Assembly: GCA_963773735.1 (NCBI GenBank)
Contig: CAVZCK010000028.1
Span: 1-64,000, forward strand
Length of the DNA stretch: 64,000 nt
Origin: an uncultured Alphaproteobacteria bacterium
GTDB lineage: Bacteria > Pseudomonadota > Alphaproteobacteria > Rhizobiales > Rhodomicrobiaceae
Direction: 5' to 3'
Shown in pieces: positions 29,791-40,358 of the stretch. Both the position numbers and the translations under genes were made by a program. Every line of letters starts with the position of its first letter. Within the stretch, counting starts at the first letter, position 1. The notes below the pieces were generated by a model. It searched no databases. It was not told the origin of the DNA and saw only the letters and a program-made list of their open reading frames with translations.

Positions 29791-30432
29791 GGCATCGTTG
29801 TCCGGCAGGCTGGAGGCAAGCGAGTAGGCGCCCGCAAGCTTGATGAAGTTGCGACGATTTATTGAACCTCGGCCTGCCGGCTTCCAGCAGCCGCCCTGTT
29901 ACAAGAAAGCGGAATACCCGTCAGTTGTCCATGAGAGTCACAGGCCCCGTCTTCGATCCCCCGACGCCTGCGATCTGATTGCCGATTGAGTACTCCTGAC
30001 CTTTCGGTTCTTTTAGGCGAATTTGAGGCGCGTGCGGATTGCGAAACATCATATCCCCGCCGTGCTTTAGCGCGCCGAATTAAACCCTGCAATATCCTCC
30101 TCCAAAAAAGCGCAAAGTGTATTCACGGGACGCACGACGCACGGCGTTTGTTCGGCGCGTTCACGAAACGAAGCCAAGCATGAGCCGGTGCTGTATGCTC
30201 AAAAAACTGTGACGCAAAGTTTGTTCCAGGTCATCGCCATTTATGGTCTAGTAGCCGATGCAAAACGTCGCTCCGGGCTTTTTTACGCTCCAGGGATCCA
30301 GCGTGAGGCGGATTGCTCGTGTTTTCGATGAGCCGGCCGCGAGCGGACACCCGTCTGGCAGGCGGCCATCTTGAGCACATTCGTTCACGAAGACATATGG
30401 CGCCCAAAAACCTTAAGACCTCGCATGAACTC

Positions 30433-32622
30433 ATGAGCTTTCTTTCAATGAGCAGACTTTCGACGCCGCTTTTCTATCTGTTAAGCGCAATCGCCATCAC
30501 GCTGACGCCGCATCAAGTCTCTGCCGCGGCGGCGCAGCGCGTTCAAATCGATCTTGTCTCGGAACAGGCCGCGGTCAGGCCGGGCGACACCGTGACAATC
30601 GCCCTGCGCCAGATGATCACACCCGGCTGGCACACCTATTGGGTCAACCCTGGCGACTCCGGCGAGCCGACGCAGATCGACTGGAAATTGCCACAAGGCG
30701 CCTCGGCCGGTCCCATTCAGTGGCCGCTTCCCCATGCCATACCGATCGGACCGCTGATGAATTTCGGCTATTCGGGGGACGTCGTCCTGCTATCCGACAT
30801 CAAGGTGCCGGCAAGCGCGAGCGGCCAGAGCTTCGATATTGCGGCCGACGTGAAGTGGCTGGTCTGCTCCGACATCTGCGTGCCCGAGGAGGGCGCCGTC
30901 AATCTCAGCCTGCCGCTGCTTGACCGCGCCGTGTCGCCTCGCCCGTCTGCCTGGGCGGACCTGATCGCGGCGGCGCGCGAGAAGGTGCCCGTCCCGATGC
31001 CCTGGCCCGCGCGGTTCAGCGTCAACGGCAATGCCGCGATTGCTCTGAAAGTTGACGGGGTTGCCGAGAAAATTCCGCCGAACAGCAAGGTTCATTTCTT
31101 TCCGCTGGAGTGGGGCAAAATCAATCATGCCGCGCCCCAAAACGTGTCCATGGACGGCGGCAGTCTCGTTCTCTCGCTCGTGCCCGGCGACCTTGGCAAA
31201 GCTGTCGCATCCGGCCCGCTTGAGGGCGTTCTTGCGGTGGAGACGCCTGGCAAGGACGGTGAGATCGAGCGCCACGGCTACAGCATCAGCGCGGTGCGGT
31301 CTAAGACCGCTGTCGCCCCGGCGCCAATATCGTCCCCTATTGCCGGCGAGCCGCGTGGCGGCCTCTCGCTCGCCCTCGCGCTGGGTTTTGCCTTCCTCGG
31401 CGGGCTGATCCTCAATCTCATGCCCTGTGTCTTCCCCGTCCTGTCGCTCAAGGCCCTGTCGCTTGCCAAAGACGCCGGCAACGCCAAAGCGCACCGTATC
31501 AAAGGGTATGTCTATCTCGCCGGCGTGCTTGCGAGCTTTGCTCTGATCGGAGTCGCGCTGGTCGCACTACGGGCCGGGGGCGGGGCGATCGGCTGGGGCA
31601 TGCAATTTCAATCGCCTGCATTCGTGCTGGTGATGATGGCGCTGTTTCTCGCCCTGGGCCTCAGCCTGTCGGGCGTGTTCACCTTGGGCTGGAGCCTGGC
31701 CGGCGTCGGCGACGGTCTCACCCGGCATTCCGGCCTTGCCGGCTATTTCTTCACCGGCGTTCTCGCGACCGTCGTCGCAACGCCCTGCACCGCCCCCTTC
31801 ATGGGCGCCGCAATGGGCTTTGCCTTCACCCAGCCTGCGCCAATCATTTTCGCCGTGCTGCTGGCGCTGGGACTCGGCTTTGCCATGCCGATCGTGCTCA
31901 TCAGCCTGACGCCGGCACTTGGGCGGTGGCTGCCGAAGCCCGGCGCCTGGATGGAGACGTTCAAGCAGCTCATGGCATTCCCGCTTTATGCAACGGTCGG
32001 CTGGCTGCTCTGGGTAATGAGCATTCAGCAAGGCAGCGAGGGGGTGCTCGCAGGGATCGTCACCTTGATCGGCATTGCCTTTGCCGCCTGGCTGTTCGGG
32101 CGGGATAGCGAAGCCGGAATTCTGCGAGCCACCGCCGCCGCGCTGATTGCTTTGCTCGCGATCGGTCTTGGTACATGGACCCTGGCGGGAGCAGCGCCGC
32201 AAGGATCTGCCACCGCCGTCAGCGGCGAGAGCGACAGCGGGCCGAGAGCTGAAACCTTCACCCGTGCCCGTCTTGCCGCGCTGATCGCCGAGGGAAAGCC
32301 GGTCTTCGTCAATCTGACCGCGGCCTGGTGCATCACCTGCAAGCTCAATGAACGCATCGCGCTTCGCACCGACCGTGTCGCCGAGGCGTTCCGCGATCGC
32401 GGCATCGCCTATCTCGTCGGCGACTGGACGAGCGGCAACCCCGAGATCACCGAATTGCTGCGCGTGCATGGCCGCGTCGGCGTGCCGCTCTATCTGCTTT
32501 ATTCCGGCGCGCCCGGTGCGGAACCGGAGATCCTGCCTCAGTTGCTGACGGAGTTGATCGTCATGGATCACCTTGCCGGTCTTCCGGCCGCTCCCCTGAA
32601 ACAGGCGAAAGGAGAGCTTTGA
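30433..32622 (+). CDS. dsbD: Protein-disulfide reductase DsbD/ScsB-like (N-terminal periplasmic domain, CcdA-like TM core, C-terminal thioredoxin domain)
   Basis: Signal peptide, then periplasmic domain with WLVCSDICVPEE. The TM core carries the conserved LMPCVFPVL motif and the C-terminal thioredoxin domain carries AAWCITCK. Alternative starts exist at 30313 and 30448. Confidence 0.8.
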   Translation: MSFLSMSRLSTPLFYLLSAIAITLTPHQVSAAAAQRVQIDLVSEQAAVRPGDTVTIALRQMITPGWHTYWVNPGDSGEPTQIDWKLPQGASAGPIQWPLPHAIPIGPLMNFGYSGDVVLLSDIKVPASASGQSFDIAADVKWLVCSDICVPEEGAVNLSLPLLDRAVSPRPSAWADLIAAAREKVPVPMPWPARFSVNGNAAIALKVDGVAEKIPPNSKVHFFPLEWGKINHAAPQNVSMDGGSLVLSLVPGDLGKAVASGPLEGVLAVETPGKDGEIERHGYSISAVRSKTAVAPAPISSPIAGEPRGGLSLALALGFAFLGGLILNLMPCVFPVLSLKALSLAKDAGNAKAHRIKGYVYLAGVLASFALIGVALVALRAGGGAIGWGMQFQSPAFVLVMMALFLALGLSLSGVFTLGWSLAGVGDGLTRHSGLAGYFFTGVLATVVATPCTAPFMGAAMGFAFTQPAPIIFAVLLALGLGFAMPIVLISLTPALGRWLPKPGAWMETFKQLMAFPLYATVGWLLWVMSIQQGSEGVLAGIVTLIGIAFAAWLFGRDSEAGILRATAAALIALLAIGLGTWTLAGAAPQGSATAVSGESDSGPRAETFTRARLAALIAEGKPVFVNLTAAWCITCKLNERIALRTDRVAEAFRDRGIAYLVGDWTSGNPEITELLRVHGRVGVPLYLLYSGAPGAEPEILPQLLTELIVMDHLAGLPAAPLKQAKGEL

Positions 32623-33269
32623 TGGTTATGGCTCGACGAACCATGCTTGCACTGGGCGCGATGCTCGCAATCGCTGCATTCTCCGCCGAGGCCTCCGCTG
32701 CGACCACGAAACCCGAAATCGGCAAGCCTGCGCCTACCTTCAGCGGCATCGACACCAAGGGGCAGACCATCTCGCTCGCCGATTTGCGCGGCAAGACCGT
32801 CGTTCTCGAATGGACGAACCATGAGTGCCCCTATGTCCGCAAACATTACGGCTCAGGCAATATGCAGAAGCTCCAGGCAGAGGCGGTGAAGGAGGGCGTG
32901 GTCTGGCTGACGCTGATCTCGTCCGCCCCTGGCGCAGAGGGCAATGTATCGCCCGCCGAGGCCGATGAACTGACGCTGAGCCGAAAAGCGTCGCCCACTC
33001 ACGTGATCCTCGATGAGAGGGGCACCATCGGCCGCATGTATAATGCGCGCACGACGCCGCATATGTTCGTCATCAATCCGCAAGGCACGCTGGTCTATAT
33101 GGGCGGTATCGACAACCGGCCGACGACCGACAAAGGCGATATCGCCGGCGCGACCAACTATGTCCGCGCCGCTCTCGACGCGGTCAAGAACGGCACGCCG
33201 GTCGCGACACCGATTGCGCGCCCCTACGGCTGCTCGATCAAATATGCGCCGGAAAATGCGCGCTCTTAG
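32622..33269 (+). CDS. Periplasmic thioredoxin-fold thiol-disulfide oxidoreductase (TlpA/ScsD-like)
   Basis: Signal peptide (MVMARRTMLALGAMLAIAAFSAEASA) and a thioredoxin-fold CPYV motif in VLEWTNHECPYV. It overlaps the dsbD stop codon. Confidence 0.7.
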   Translation: MVMARRTMLALGAMLAIAAFSAEASAATTKPEIGKPAPTFSGIDTKGQTISLADLRGKTVVLEWTNHECPYVRKHYGSGNMQKLQAEAVKEGVVWLTLISSAPGAEGNVSPAEADELTLSRKASPTHVILDERGTIGRMYNARTTPHMFVINPQGTLVYMGGIDNRPTTDKGDIAGATNYVRAALDAVKNGTPVATPIARPYGCSIKYAPENARS

Positions 33270-33562
33270 CATTGGACCTACGGGGTGAGGATTGCACCCC
33301 GCGCCGCAAATCCGCCATGCAGCAAGATTATCCGCCCGCCTCTATTTGCATTCAATTTTCCGCTCCGAGCGCCTTGCCATATTGGCTGCCGAATGACGCG
33401 CCGAATACCACGGCTGTCTTTGTTCTGCCATATGAGCGGAAGAAAATGCTATGTATTGAAACCATGACGCTCGAGGATTCCGGCTCAGATCGTCGCCCCG
33501 AGCCGCGCCGCGCAACACGGCCTCTCCTCGCCCTCTGACAGCTGAAATCCCTTCGCGTTTCC

Positions 33563-34039
33563 TTGGAGGATCTGATGACGCGCATCACCATCAATGGCAC
33601 TGAACACGACATTGCATCGCCCCCGGATACCCCGCTCCTCTGGGTGCTGCGGGACGAGCTCGGCTTTACCGGCACGAAATTCGGCTGCGGCATGGCGCAA
33701 TGCGGGGCCTGCCGCGTCCATATCGACGGCGAGGTCTCGTTCTCCTGCGTGACGCCCGTCAGCGATGTGGACGGCAAATCCGTGACGACCATCGAAGGCG
33801 TCAATGGCAAGGTCGCCGACGCGGTCTTCGCCGCCTGGGAGAAGCACCAGGTCATCCAGTGCGGCTATTGCCAGCCGGGCCAGATCATGGCCGCGATCGG
33901 CCTGTTGACCACGACGCCCAAGGTCACCGACGAGGACATCGATCAGGAGGAGGCGATGGCGCGCAATGTCTGCCGCTGCGCCACCTATCACCGCATTCGC
34001 GCCGCCATCCATGATGCGGCCAAGACGCTGGAGGGCTGA
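33563..34039 (+). CDS. (2Fe-2S)-binding small subunit of a molybdenum hydroxylase (IorA/CoxS-like)
   Basis: Two Fe-S cysteine clusters ([11 protein letters not shown]...C...C and [13 protein letters not shown]...NVCRCATY). Confidence 0.85.
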   Translation: MEDLMTRITINGTEHDIASPPDTPLLWVLRDELGFTGTKFGCGMAQCGACRVHIDGEVSFSCVTPVSDVDGKSVTTIEGVNGKVADAVFAAWEKHQVIQCGYCQPGQIMAAIGLLTTTPKVTDEDIDQEEAMARNVCRCATYHRIRAAIHDAAKTLEG

Positions 34040-34040
34040 G

Positions 34041-36218
34041 ATGAGCGCTTCATTGAACATCAATCCGAAGACAAGCCGGCGCGACTTCCTGAAAGGCGCC
34101 GGGGCAGCCGGCGCAGGTCTCGTGATCGGCTTTAGCTGGCCGGGCGGCCGGCGCGTGGCCATGGCCGCCGGAGCGGACTTCGCGCCGAATGCCTTCGTGC
34201 GCATCGCGCCGGACAGCACGGTCACGGTCATCGCCAAGCATTTCGAAATGGGACAAGGCACGACGACCGGCATCCCGACCATTCTGGCCGAAGAGCTCGA
34301 CGCGGACTGGGCGCAGGTCAAAGTCGAATTCGCGCCGTTCGATCCGGACAAATACAAAAATCTGCTGATCGGAGCTCAGGGGACCGGCGGCTCGACGGCG
34401 ATCGCCAATTCCTACAAGCAGCTCCGCGAGGCGGGCGCCGCGGCGCGGGCGCTGCTGGTCCAGGCGGCCGCTGAAACCTGGAAGGTCCCGGCCGCCGAAA
34501 TCACGGTCGAGAATGGCATCGTCAAGCACAACAAATCCGGCCAGGCCTCATCTTTCGGCGCACTCGCCGAAAAAGCGGCGAGCCTGCCGATGCCGTCCGA
34601 GATCAGGCTCAAAGATCCGAGGGATTTTAAGCTGATCGGCAAGGTGCTGCCGCGCAAGGACAGTCTGGATAAAGCGCGCGGCAAGGCCCAATTCACCATC
34701 GATATGAAGCTGCCGGGGATGCTGACGGCGGTTGTCGCGCGGCCGCCGCGCTTTGGCGGCAAGGTGAAATCCTTCGACGCGGCCGACGCCAAGCAGATTG
34801 CCGGCGTCGTCGATGTGGTCGAAATTCCGACCGGCGTGGCGGTTCTCGGCAATGGCTTCTGGGCTGCCAAGACCGGTCGGGACGCGCTCAAGATCGAGTG
34901 GGACGAAAGCGCCGCGGAAAAGCGCGGTTCGGAGGAGCTGATCAAGGAATATAAGGCGCGGCTCGACAAGCCCGGCACCGTGGCGCGCAATCAGGGCGAC
35001 GCTGAAGCCGCGCTTAAAGGCGCCGCCAAGGTGGTCGAAGCGGTGTTCGAATTCCCCTATCTCGCCCACGCGCCGATGGAGCCGATGGACTGCGTCGTCC
35101 AGCTCAGCACCGACAAATGCGAGATCTGGTCGGGCTGCCAGTTCCCCTCGATCGACCATCCGGTTGCGGTTGCCGTCAGCGGGCTGAAGCCCGAGCAGGT
35201 CTTCATCCACACGCTCTATGCCGGCGGCAGCTTCGGCCGGCGCGCCAATCCGGCCGGCGACTTCACCTTCGAGGCGGTCTCGATTGCCAAGGCCATCGGC
35301 GGCCGCGCTCCGGTGAAGCTGATCTGGACGCGCGAGGACGATATTCGCGGCGGGCGCTACCGTCCGCTCTATGTCCATAAGGTGCGCGCCGGTCTCGACA
35401 AGGACGGCAAGATCGTTGGCTGGCACCATCGGATCGTTGGCCAGTCGATCCTGGGCGACACGCCGTTTGCATCGGCGATGATCAAGGGCGGCATCGATGG
35501 TACCTCGGTCGAGGGCGCCTCCGACATGCCCTATCCGATCGCGAATCTCTATGTCGATCTGCACACGATGAAGGTCGGCGTGCCGGTGCTCTGGTGGCGC
35601 TCCGTCGGTCACACGCATACCGGCTATGTGGTCGAAACGGTGATCGACGAGCTGGCAGAGGCGGCCGGGAAAGACCCGGTCGAGTTTCGCCGGACGCTCC
35701 TCGCCGAACATCCCCGGCATCTCGGCGTGCTCAATCTGGCGGCGGAGAAGGCTGGCTGGGGACAGCCGGCGCCGGAGGGCATCGCCCGCGGTATCGCCGT
35801 GCACGAGTCCTTCCACAGCTATATTGCCGAGGTCGTCGATGCGCGACTCGAAGACGGCAAAGTGAAAGTCGAGCGCGTGGTCTGCGCGGTCGATTGCGGC
35901 GTCCCGGTCAATCCGGACGTCATCAAGGCGCAGATGGAGGGTGGCATCGGCTTCGGCCTCGGCGCGATCCTGCATGATGAGATTACGCTCGACGGCGGGG
36001 TGGTGCAGCAGTCGAACTTTCACGACTACATTCCGCTGCGCATCAACGAAATGCCGAAAGTCGAAGTGCACGTGGTGCCGTCCGAAGCGGACCCGACCGG
36101 CGTCGGCGAGCCCGGCGTTCCGCCGATCGGTCCGGCGCTGGCGAATGCAGTCTATCGGCTGACGAAGAAACGGATTCGGTCGCTGCCGATGTCGAAGCAT
36201 GGGCTAACCAGCGTCTGA
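34041..36218 (+). CDS. Molybdopterin-dependent oxidoreductase large subunit (IorB / aldehyde-oxidase family) with a Tat signal
   Basis: [31 protein letters not shown] Tat motif with the start overlapping the upstream stop (TGAGATG), followed by xanthine-dehydrogenase-family domains. Confidence 0.8.
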   Translation: MSASLNINPKTSRRDFLKGAGAAGAGLVIGFSWPGGRRVAMAAGADFAPNAFVRIAPDSTVTVIAKHFEMGQGTTTGIPTILAEELDADWAQVKVEFAPFDPDKYKNLLIGAQGTGGSTAIANSYKQLREAGAAARALLVQAAAETWKVPAAEITVENGIVKHNKSGQASSFGALAEKAASLPMPSEIRLKDPRDFKLIGKVLPRKDSLDKARGKAQFTIDMKLPGMLTAVVARPPRFGGKVKSFDAADAKQIAGVVDVVEIPTGVAVLGNGFWAAKTGRDALKIEWDESAAEKRGSEELIKEYKARLDKPGTVARNQGDAEAALKGAAKVVEAVFEFPYLAHAPMEPMDCVVQLSTDKCEIWSGCQFPSIDHPVAVAVSGLKPEQVFIHTLYAGGSFGRRANPAGDFTFEAVSIAKAIGGRAPVKLIWTREDDIRGGRYRPLYVHKVRAGLDKDGKIVGWHHRIVGQSILGDTPFASAMIKGGIDGTSVEGASDMPYPIANLYVDLHTMKVGVPVLWWRSVGHTHTGYVVETVIDELAEAAGKDPVEFRRTLLAEHPRHLGVLNLAAEKAGWGQPAPEGIARGIAVHESFHSYIAEVVDARLEDGKVKVERVVCAVDCGVPVNPDVIKAQMEGGIGFGLGAILHDEITLDGGVVQQSNFHDYIPLRINEMPKVEVHVVPSEADPTGVGEPGVPPIGPALANAVYRLTKKRIRSLPMSKHGLTSV

Positions 36219-37150
36219 ACGGCGGGGCCGCCCGTTCAGGAACGCGAAGACGGCGCACGCGGGAGGGCGGAGACGCTTTCCCGCTTACTTTCCCGCGCGT
36301 TGCATTCAGGCGGGGCTTCGCGGCTTCGGCGGGCTTTACCGAGCCGACGTCGGCCCGCCCGAAAAACCGAACAGCATTTGGCTAATCAGTAAATTTTCGC
36401 AAAAATCTCTACAATATGTGCGATTTATCAGTTGATGAGCACGCACACCGTGAAACACCTTAGCTATTTACACGAGCCGATAACCGCCATAACCAGATAG
36501 TTACACGGCCTTTGCCTCTAAGTTTGCTTCAGCGAAGCCCAATCTTTTCACCAGATTTCGTGTCAATCCGTATTTCCACCACAGCTGTGGCGTATGTGCA
36601 ACAGCGTAGTCACACTGTGGCCTAAGCCACATCTTTGGTATTGACAGGCAATGCCGGACGATCGATCGAATCAAATACATTGTCGATTGCATTCAAAATC
36701 CGATTAGCAACCTTCGTCACGCCGCCACCACATACGCATTTTCCCATAGTCACATGCATGTAGACGAATTAATAAGACCGGAAAGCCTGCTTCGGCACAT
36801 CAAACCTAAGCTTTGATTAACTCAGATATCGGCGACGAGAAGTAATCCAGAATTAAGTAACACAATTAATTTTACTGTATTTTCACGTTTATATCACGGA
36901 ACCGCCACGCTTTGGCCGGGAAGGGCCAAACTGTCACCAATTTATAGTTGAAAAAGACTTTACACAACCGTTAAGGGTGTACGTATTTTTGCGCAACCCA
37001 TGCGGCGTTGCGAATGTCAGCGCATTTTCCCCTAATGCAATTGGGTTGCAGGTTTTGAAGGCCTGAAACAATTGGGGAGCCGCTGCCCTGGAAAAGCCCG
37101 ACCCCCCAATCTACCCAACCGTGTCATTTTTACAGTTGGAGTAAACTTAC

Positions 37151-37357
37151 ATGCGTAGCTCTTTCTCTGCGCTTGTCAAGCGCTTTGCCCGTGAAGAACG
37201 TGGCGCTTCTTTTGTTGAATACGCCATGCTCACAGGCCTCGTTGCCGCTATCGTCGTCGCAGCCATCGCTGTTCTGAATGGCAGCATTACCACGCTATTC
37301 GGGAACCTCAGCACGACGATTAGCGCGATCAATACCGGCGGAGCTGCTCCGAACTGA
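37151..37357 (+). CDS. flp: Flp/Fap family type IVb pilin
   Basis: 68 aa with the Flp motif ...ERGASFVEYAMLTGLVAAIVVAAI and a G/A processing site before the hydrophobic core. Confidence 0.85.
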   Translation: MRSSFSALVKRFAREERGASFVEYAMLTGLVAAIVVAAIAVLNGSITTLFGNLSTTISAINTGGAAPN

Positions 37358-37412
37358 TCTGCTCTCCAGGCGATCCGTAACCACGCGCATTGACATAGTG
37401 GCGGAGGCACTC

Positions 37413-38348
37413 ATGCGAGTGAGCCATCTCTTTATGCTTGGCGTAGCACTTTTTTGCGCCACTGCTGCCGCTTTGCTGTCGCGGGCCTGGATGGCCAGAC
37501 AGGCTGCGCATCCGGCTGCCTCGGTTGAGGCGACGGCAGCGATCCCCTCGCGATCGATTGTCGTTGCCACGCGTGATCTCAAATACGGCGACAAGCTGAC
37601 TGCGGAAGCGGTCAAGCTTGTCCCGTGGCCGAGCAACGACGTGCCTAAAGGCGCGTTTCTGTCCGCGGACGCGCTGCTGGGCCCAGGCGGCTCGCGCGTG
37701 GTGACGATTGCCATGGCCACGGGTGAGCCGATTCTGCAGCAAAAGCTCTTGGGCGGGGGTTCGGCGAACGCGCTCCCAGCCAAGCTCTCCGCAAGAATGA
37801 AGGCGGTCGCCATTCGCGTCAACGACGTGGCGGGTGTTGCCGGCTTCGTGCAGCCGGAAGACCGGGTCGATGTGTTTCTGACCTACAGCGACAAGACCGC
37901 TGGCCCGGAAACGCCGGCCCAGAACGCCTCGGCGGTTATCGTCTTGTTGCAAAATGTCCGTGTCCTGGCGGTCGACCAGGTCACCGAACGCAAGGATCAG
38001 CCGACGCCGGCCAAGGTGGTCACTTTGGAGGTGTCGACGGAAGAAGCCCAAAAACTCACACTGGCCGGACAGGTCGGCCAACTATCGCTGGCACTTAATC
38101 GGATTGCGGCGTCCGGCGAACCTGAAAAAGTTACACCGTTCGATTTCAACGACTTAAAGAATGACGGTCAGGATATTCACAATAAGGGTAAATCCGGCGG
38201 ACCCGTTGTCACTGTAACGCGATCAACGGACCGCAAGAACTATCAGGTTCAGCCAGATACGGGGCAAGATGAAACCTGGCAGAACCAGAACACGAACTAT
38301 TACGGTCGTTTAGATTACCGAACCGGACCGGCCGCGCCACGACGATAA
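37413..38348 (+). CDS. cpaB: Flp pilus assembly protein CpaB/RcpC
   Basis: N-terminal TM anchor plus a SAF/CpaB domain (IVVATRDLKYGDKLTAEAVKLVPWP...). Confidence 0.8.
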   Translation: MRVSHLFMLGVALFCATAAALLSRAWMARQAAHPAASVEATAAIPSRSIVVATRDLKYGDKLTAEAVKLVPWPSNDVPKGAFLSADALLGPGGSRVVTIAMATGEPILQQKLLGGGSANALPAKLSARMKAVAIRVNDVAGVAGFVQPEDRVDVFLTYSDKTAGPETPAQNASAVIVLLQNVRVLAVDQVTERKDQPTPAKVVTLEVSTEEAQKLTLAGQVGQLSLALNRIAASGEPEKVTPFDFNDLKNDGQDIHNKGKSGGPVVTVTRSTDRKNYQVQPDTGQDETWQNQNTNYYGRLDYRTGPAAPRR

Positions 38349-38405
38349 GACTTAAAATAAGGGAATCTTACGGCTAGGGCAGGTGAGGGGTGAGGGGAAG
38401 GTCTA

Positions 38406-39980
38406 ATGTTTGTATTCGAGAGAGCTGTCTCGGAGCGTGCGAAGGGCCGGTTTGGCGGCGCCCTGTATCGCCGCCCGCGTCGCTTCGGGCTTCGGGGAAT
38501 CGGGCTCGCGGTGCTTGCCGCCGCATTGTCAGCCGGCGCGGCGAGTCATTGTCTGGCCGGAGCGGTCGAAGTTTCCGATCAGGCGCAGAAAGCGCCCGCC
38601 GGCATCTATCACGTTCAGCCGACTGATGACCGCCTCGACGTGAAAGTCACGCTCAATAAATCCGAGACCATTCGCGTCGGTATGCCGTTCAGCGAAGCTC
38701 TGGTCGGCAACGCCGAGGTTGCCGACGTGGTGCCGCTGACCGATCGTTCCATCTACATTGTCGGAAAGAAGATCGGCGTCACACGCGTCGCCCTGCTCGA
38801 CGTCTCAAAGCAGCTGCTCGGCGTTGTCGACGTCGAGGTGACTTACGATCTGGATGGCCTGCGCGCGCGCATGGGCGGCAACTCGAGGCTCGCCGGGATC
38901 AAGGTCCAGTCCGTTAACGGCAAGATCCTTCTTTCGGGCGTCGCGCCCGACGCGCCCTCCATGCAAATCGCCATGACGCTGGCAAAGCAGATTTCGCCGG
39001 ACGAAGTCACGAACGCGATGACCGTTGCGGCGCCGCAGCAGGTCATGCTGGAAGTCCGCTTCATCGAAGCCAGTCGCAACGCGTCACGCGCCCTCGGCGT
39101 CAATGCCACCGTCGCCGGCCACAGGGCGGTGGGCGTCACCGGCGTGGAGTCCACCCAGGGCAGCGTCGACGTCGATTCCAGCGGCAATCTGGTGAACAAC
39201 CTCACCAACGATCTCGCAGCCGGCCTTGTCAACAACGCCGTTCCCTTTGGAACCCTGATCGGTCGTGTGCTGGCCGGCGGAACGTCGGCGGACGTGTTCG
39301 TCAAGGCGCTGGAGGAGCGCGGCCTTGCCCGGCGCCTGGCAGAACCGAATCTGGTGGCCTTGTCGGGCGACACCGCAAACTTCCTCGCGGGCGGCGAATT
39401 TCCGTTCCCGGTCTCAAACGACAGCAACAACAACACCCCGTCGATCGAATTCAAGAAATTCGGTATCGGCCTGGCCTTCACGCCGACCGTCCTTGCCGAT
39501 GGTCAGATCAATCTCAAGATCGAACCTGAGGTCAGCGATCTGGACCCGAGTAATTCCGTCAGGGTCGGCAATGTGGAAATTCCCAGCCTGACCGTCCGGC
39601 GCGCCTCGACCACGGTGGAGCTGCGTGACGGCCAAAGCTTCGCCATCGCCGGACTGCTGAAAAGCAATCACGTCATGAACCAGCGGCAGCTCCCCTGGCT
39701 TGGGGATGTACCGGTCCTGGGTGCGCTGCTCCGCAGCGCGGCCTGGCAGAAGGACGAGACCGACCTCGTGATCATCGTGACGCCGCGTCTCATTCAGCCG
39801 CGCGCGCCGGGCCATAAGATGGCAACGCCGCTGGATAACACCGTGCCCACCAATGACAAGGAATTCTTCCTGACGGGGCGGCAGGAGATCGACACCGGCA
39901 AGCCGGATGATTTTACCGGCCACATCATCGACTGGACCGACGAAGCGCCCGTCGACTCCGGCTTCAAGGGGACGAAGTGA
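38406..39980 (+). CDS. cpaC: Flp pilus secretin CpaC/RcpA
   Basis: 524 aa with a BON-like N-domain and the secretin C-domain (...LAEPNLVALSGDTANFLAGGEFPFP...VELRDGQSFAIAGLL...). Confidence 0.85.
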   Translation: MFVFERAVSERAKGRFGGALYRRPRRFGLRGIGLAVLAAALSAGAASHCLAGAVEVSDQAQKAPAGIYHVQPTDDRLDVKVTLNKSETIRVGMPFSEALVGNAEVADVVPLTDRSIYIVGKKIGVTRVALLDVSKQLLGVVDVEVTYDLDGLRARMGGNSRLAGIKVQSVNGKILLSGVAPDAPSMQIAMTLAKQISPDEVTNAMTVAAPQQVMLEVRFIEASRNASRALGVNATVAGHRAVGVTGVESTQGSVDVDSSGNLVNNLTNDLAAGLVNNAVPFGTLIGRVLAGGTSADVFVKALEERGLARRLAEPNLVALSGDTANFLAGGEFPFPVSNDSNNNTPSIEFKKFGIGLAFTPTVLADGQINLKIEPEVSDLDPSNSVRVGNVEIPSLTVRRASTTVELRDGQSFAIAGLLKSNHVMNQRQLPWLGDVPVLGALLRSAAWQKDETDLVIIVTPRLIQPRAPGHKMATPLDNTVPTNDKEFFLTGRQEIDTGKPDDFTGHIIDWTDEAPVDSGFKGTK

Positions 39981-40324
39981 TGATCACGAGTTTCAAGATG
40001 CAGGCAAGACGTGCCTTGACGGTCACGACCATCGCCGCTTCCGCGATGCTGCTGCAAGGCTGCTATGAAGATTCCTTCTCGCACCGTGACACGATTTCGC
40101 TGAACGCGGGCGATGCGATCGCAACCAATGCCGTGACCCAGACCATCGATCCATGGCCGGCTCACGCAAAGAACACTGATATCGACCTGGACGGCAAGCG
40201 CACACAGATCGCCATCGAGCGGTATCAGAAAAATAAAACCATACCGCCGCAGGGTCTCAATACGAGTGACGTTACCAGCCAGTCCGGATCCAGCGGGCAG
40301 GGCGGCGCTCAAATCACGAATTAA
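39977..40324 (+). CDS. Pilus assembly lipoprotein CpaD-like
   Basis: Lipobox LLQGC. Its position between cpaC and cpaE matches the Caulobacter cpa gene order. Confidence 0.5.
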   Translation: MMITSFKMQARRALTVTTIAASAMLLQGCYEDSFSHRDTISLNAGDAIATNAVTQTIDPWPAHAKNTDIDLDGKRTQIAIERYQKNKTIPPQGLNTSDVTSQSGSSGQGGAQITN

Positions 40325-40358
40325 ACAGTTGAATAACTGTACAAATACATAGCCCTGA

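Noticed and set aside
34548-36200. 550-aa minus-strand ORF inside the Mo-hydroxylase large-subunit gene
   Set aside because: Antisense to a Tat-signal, xanthine-dehydrogenase-family ORF with strong family motifs.
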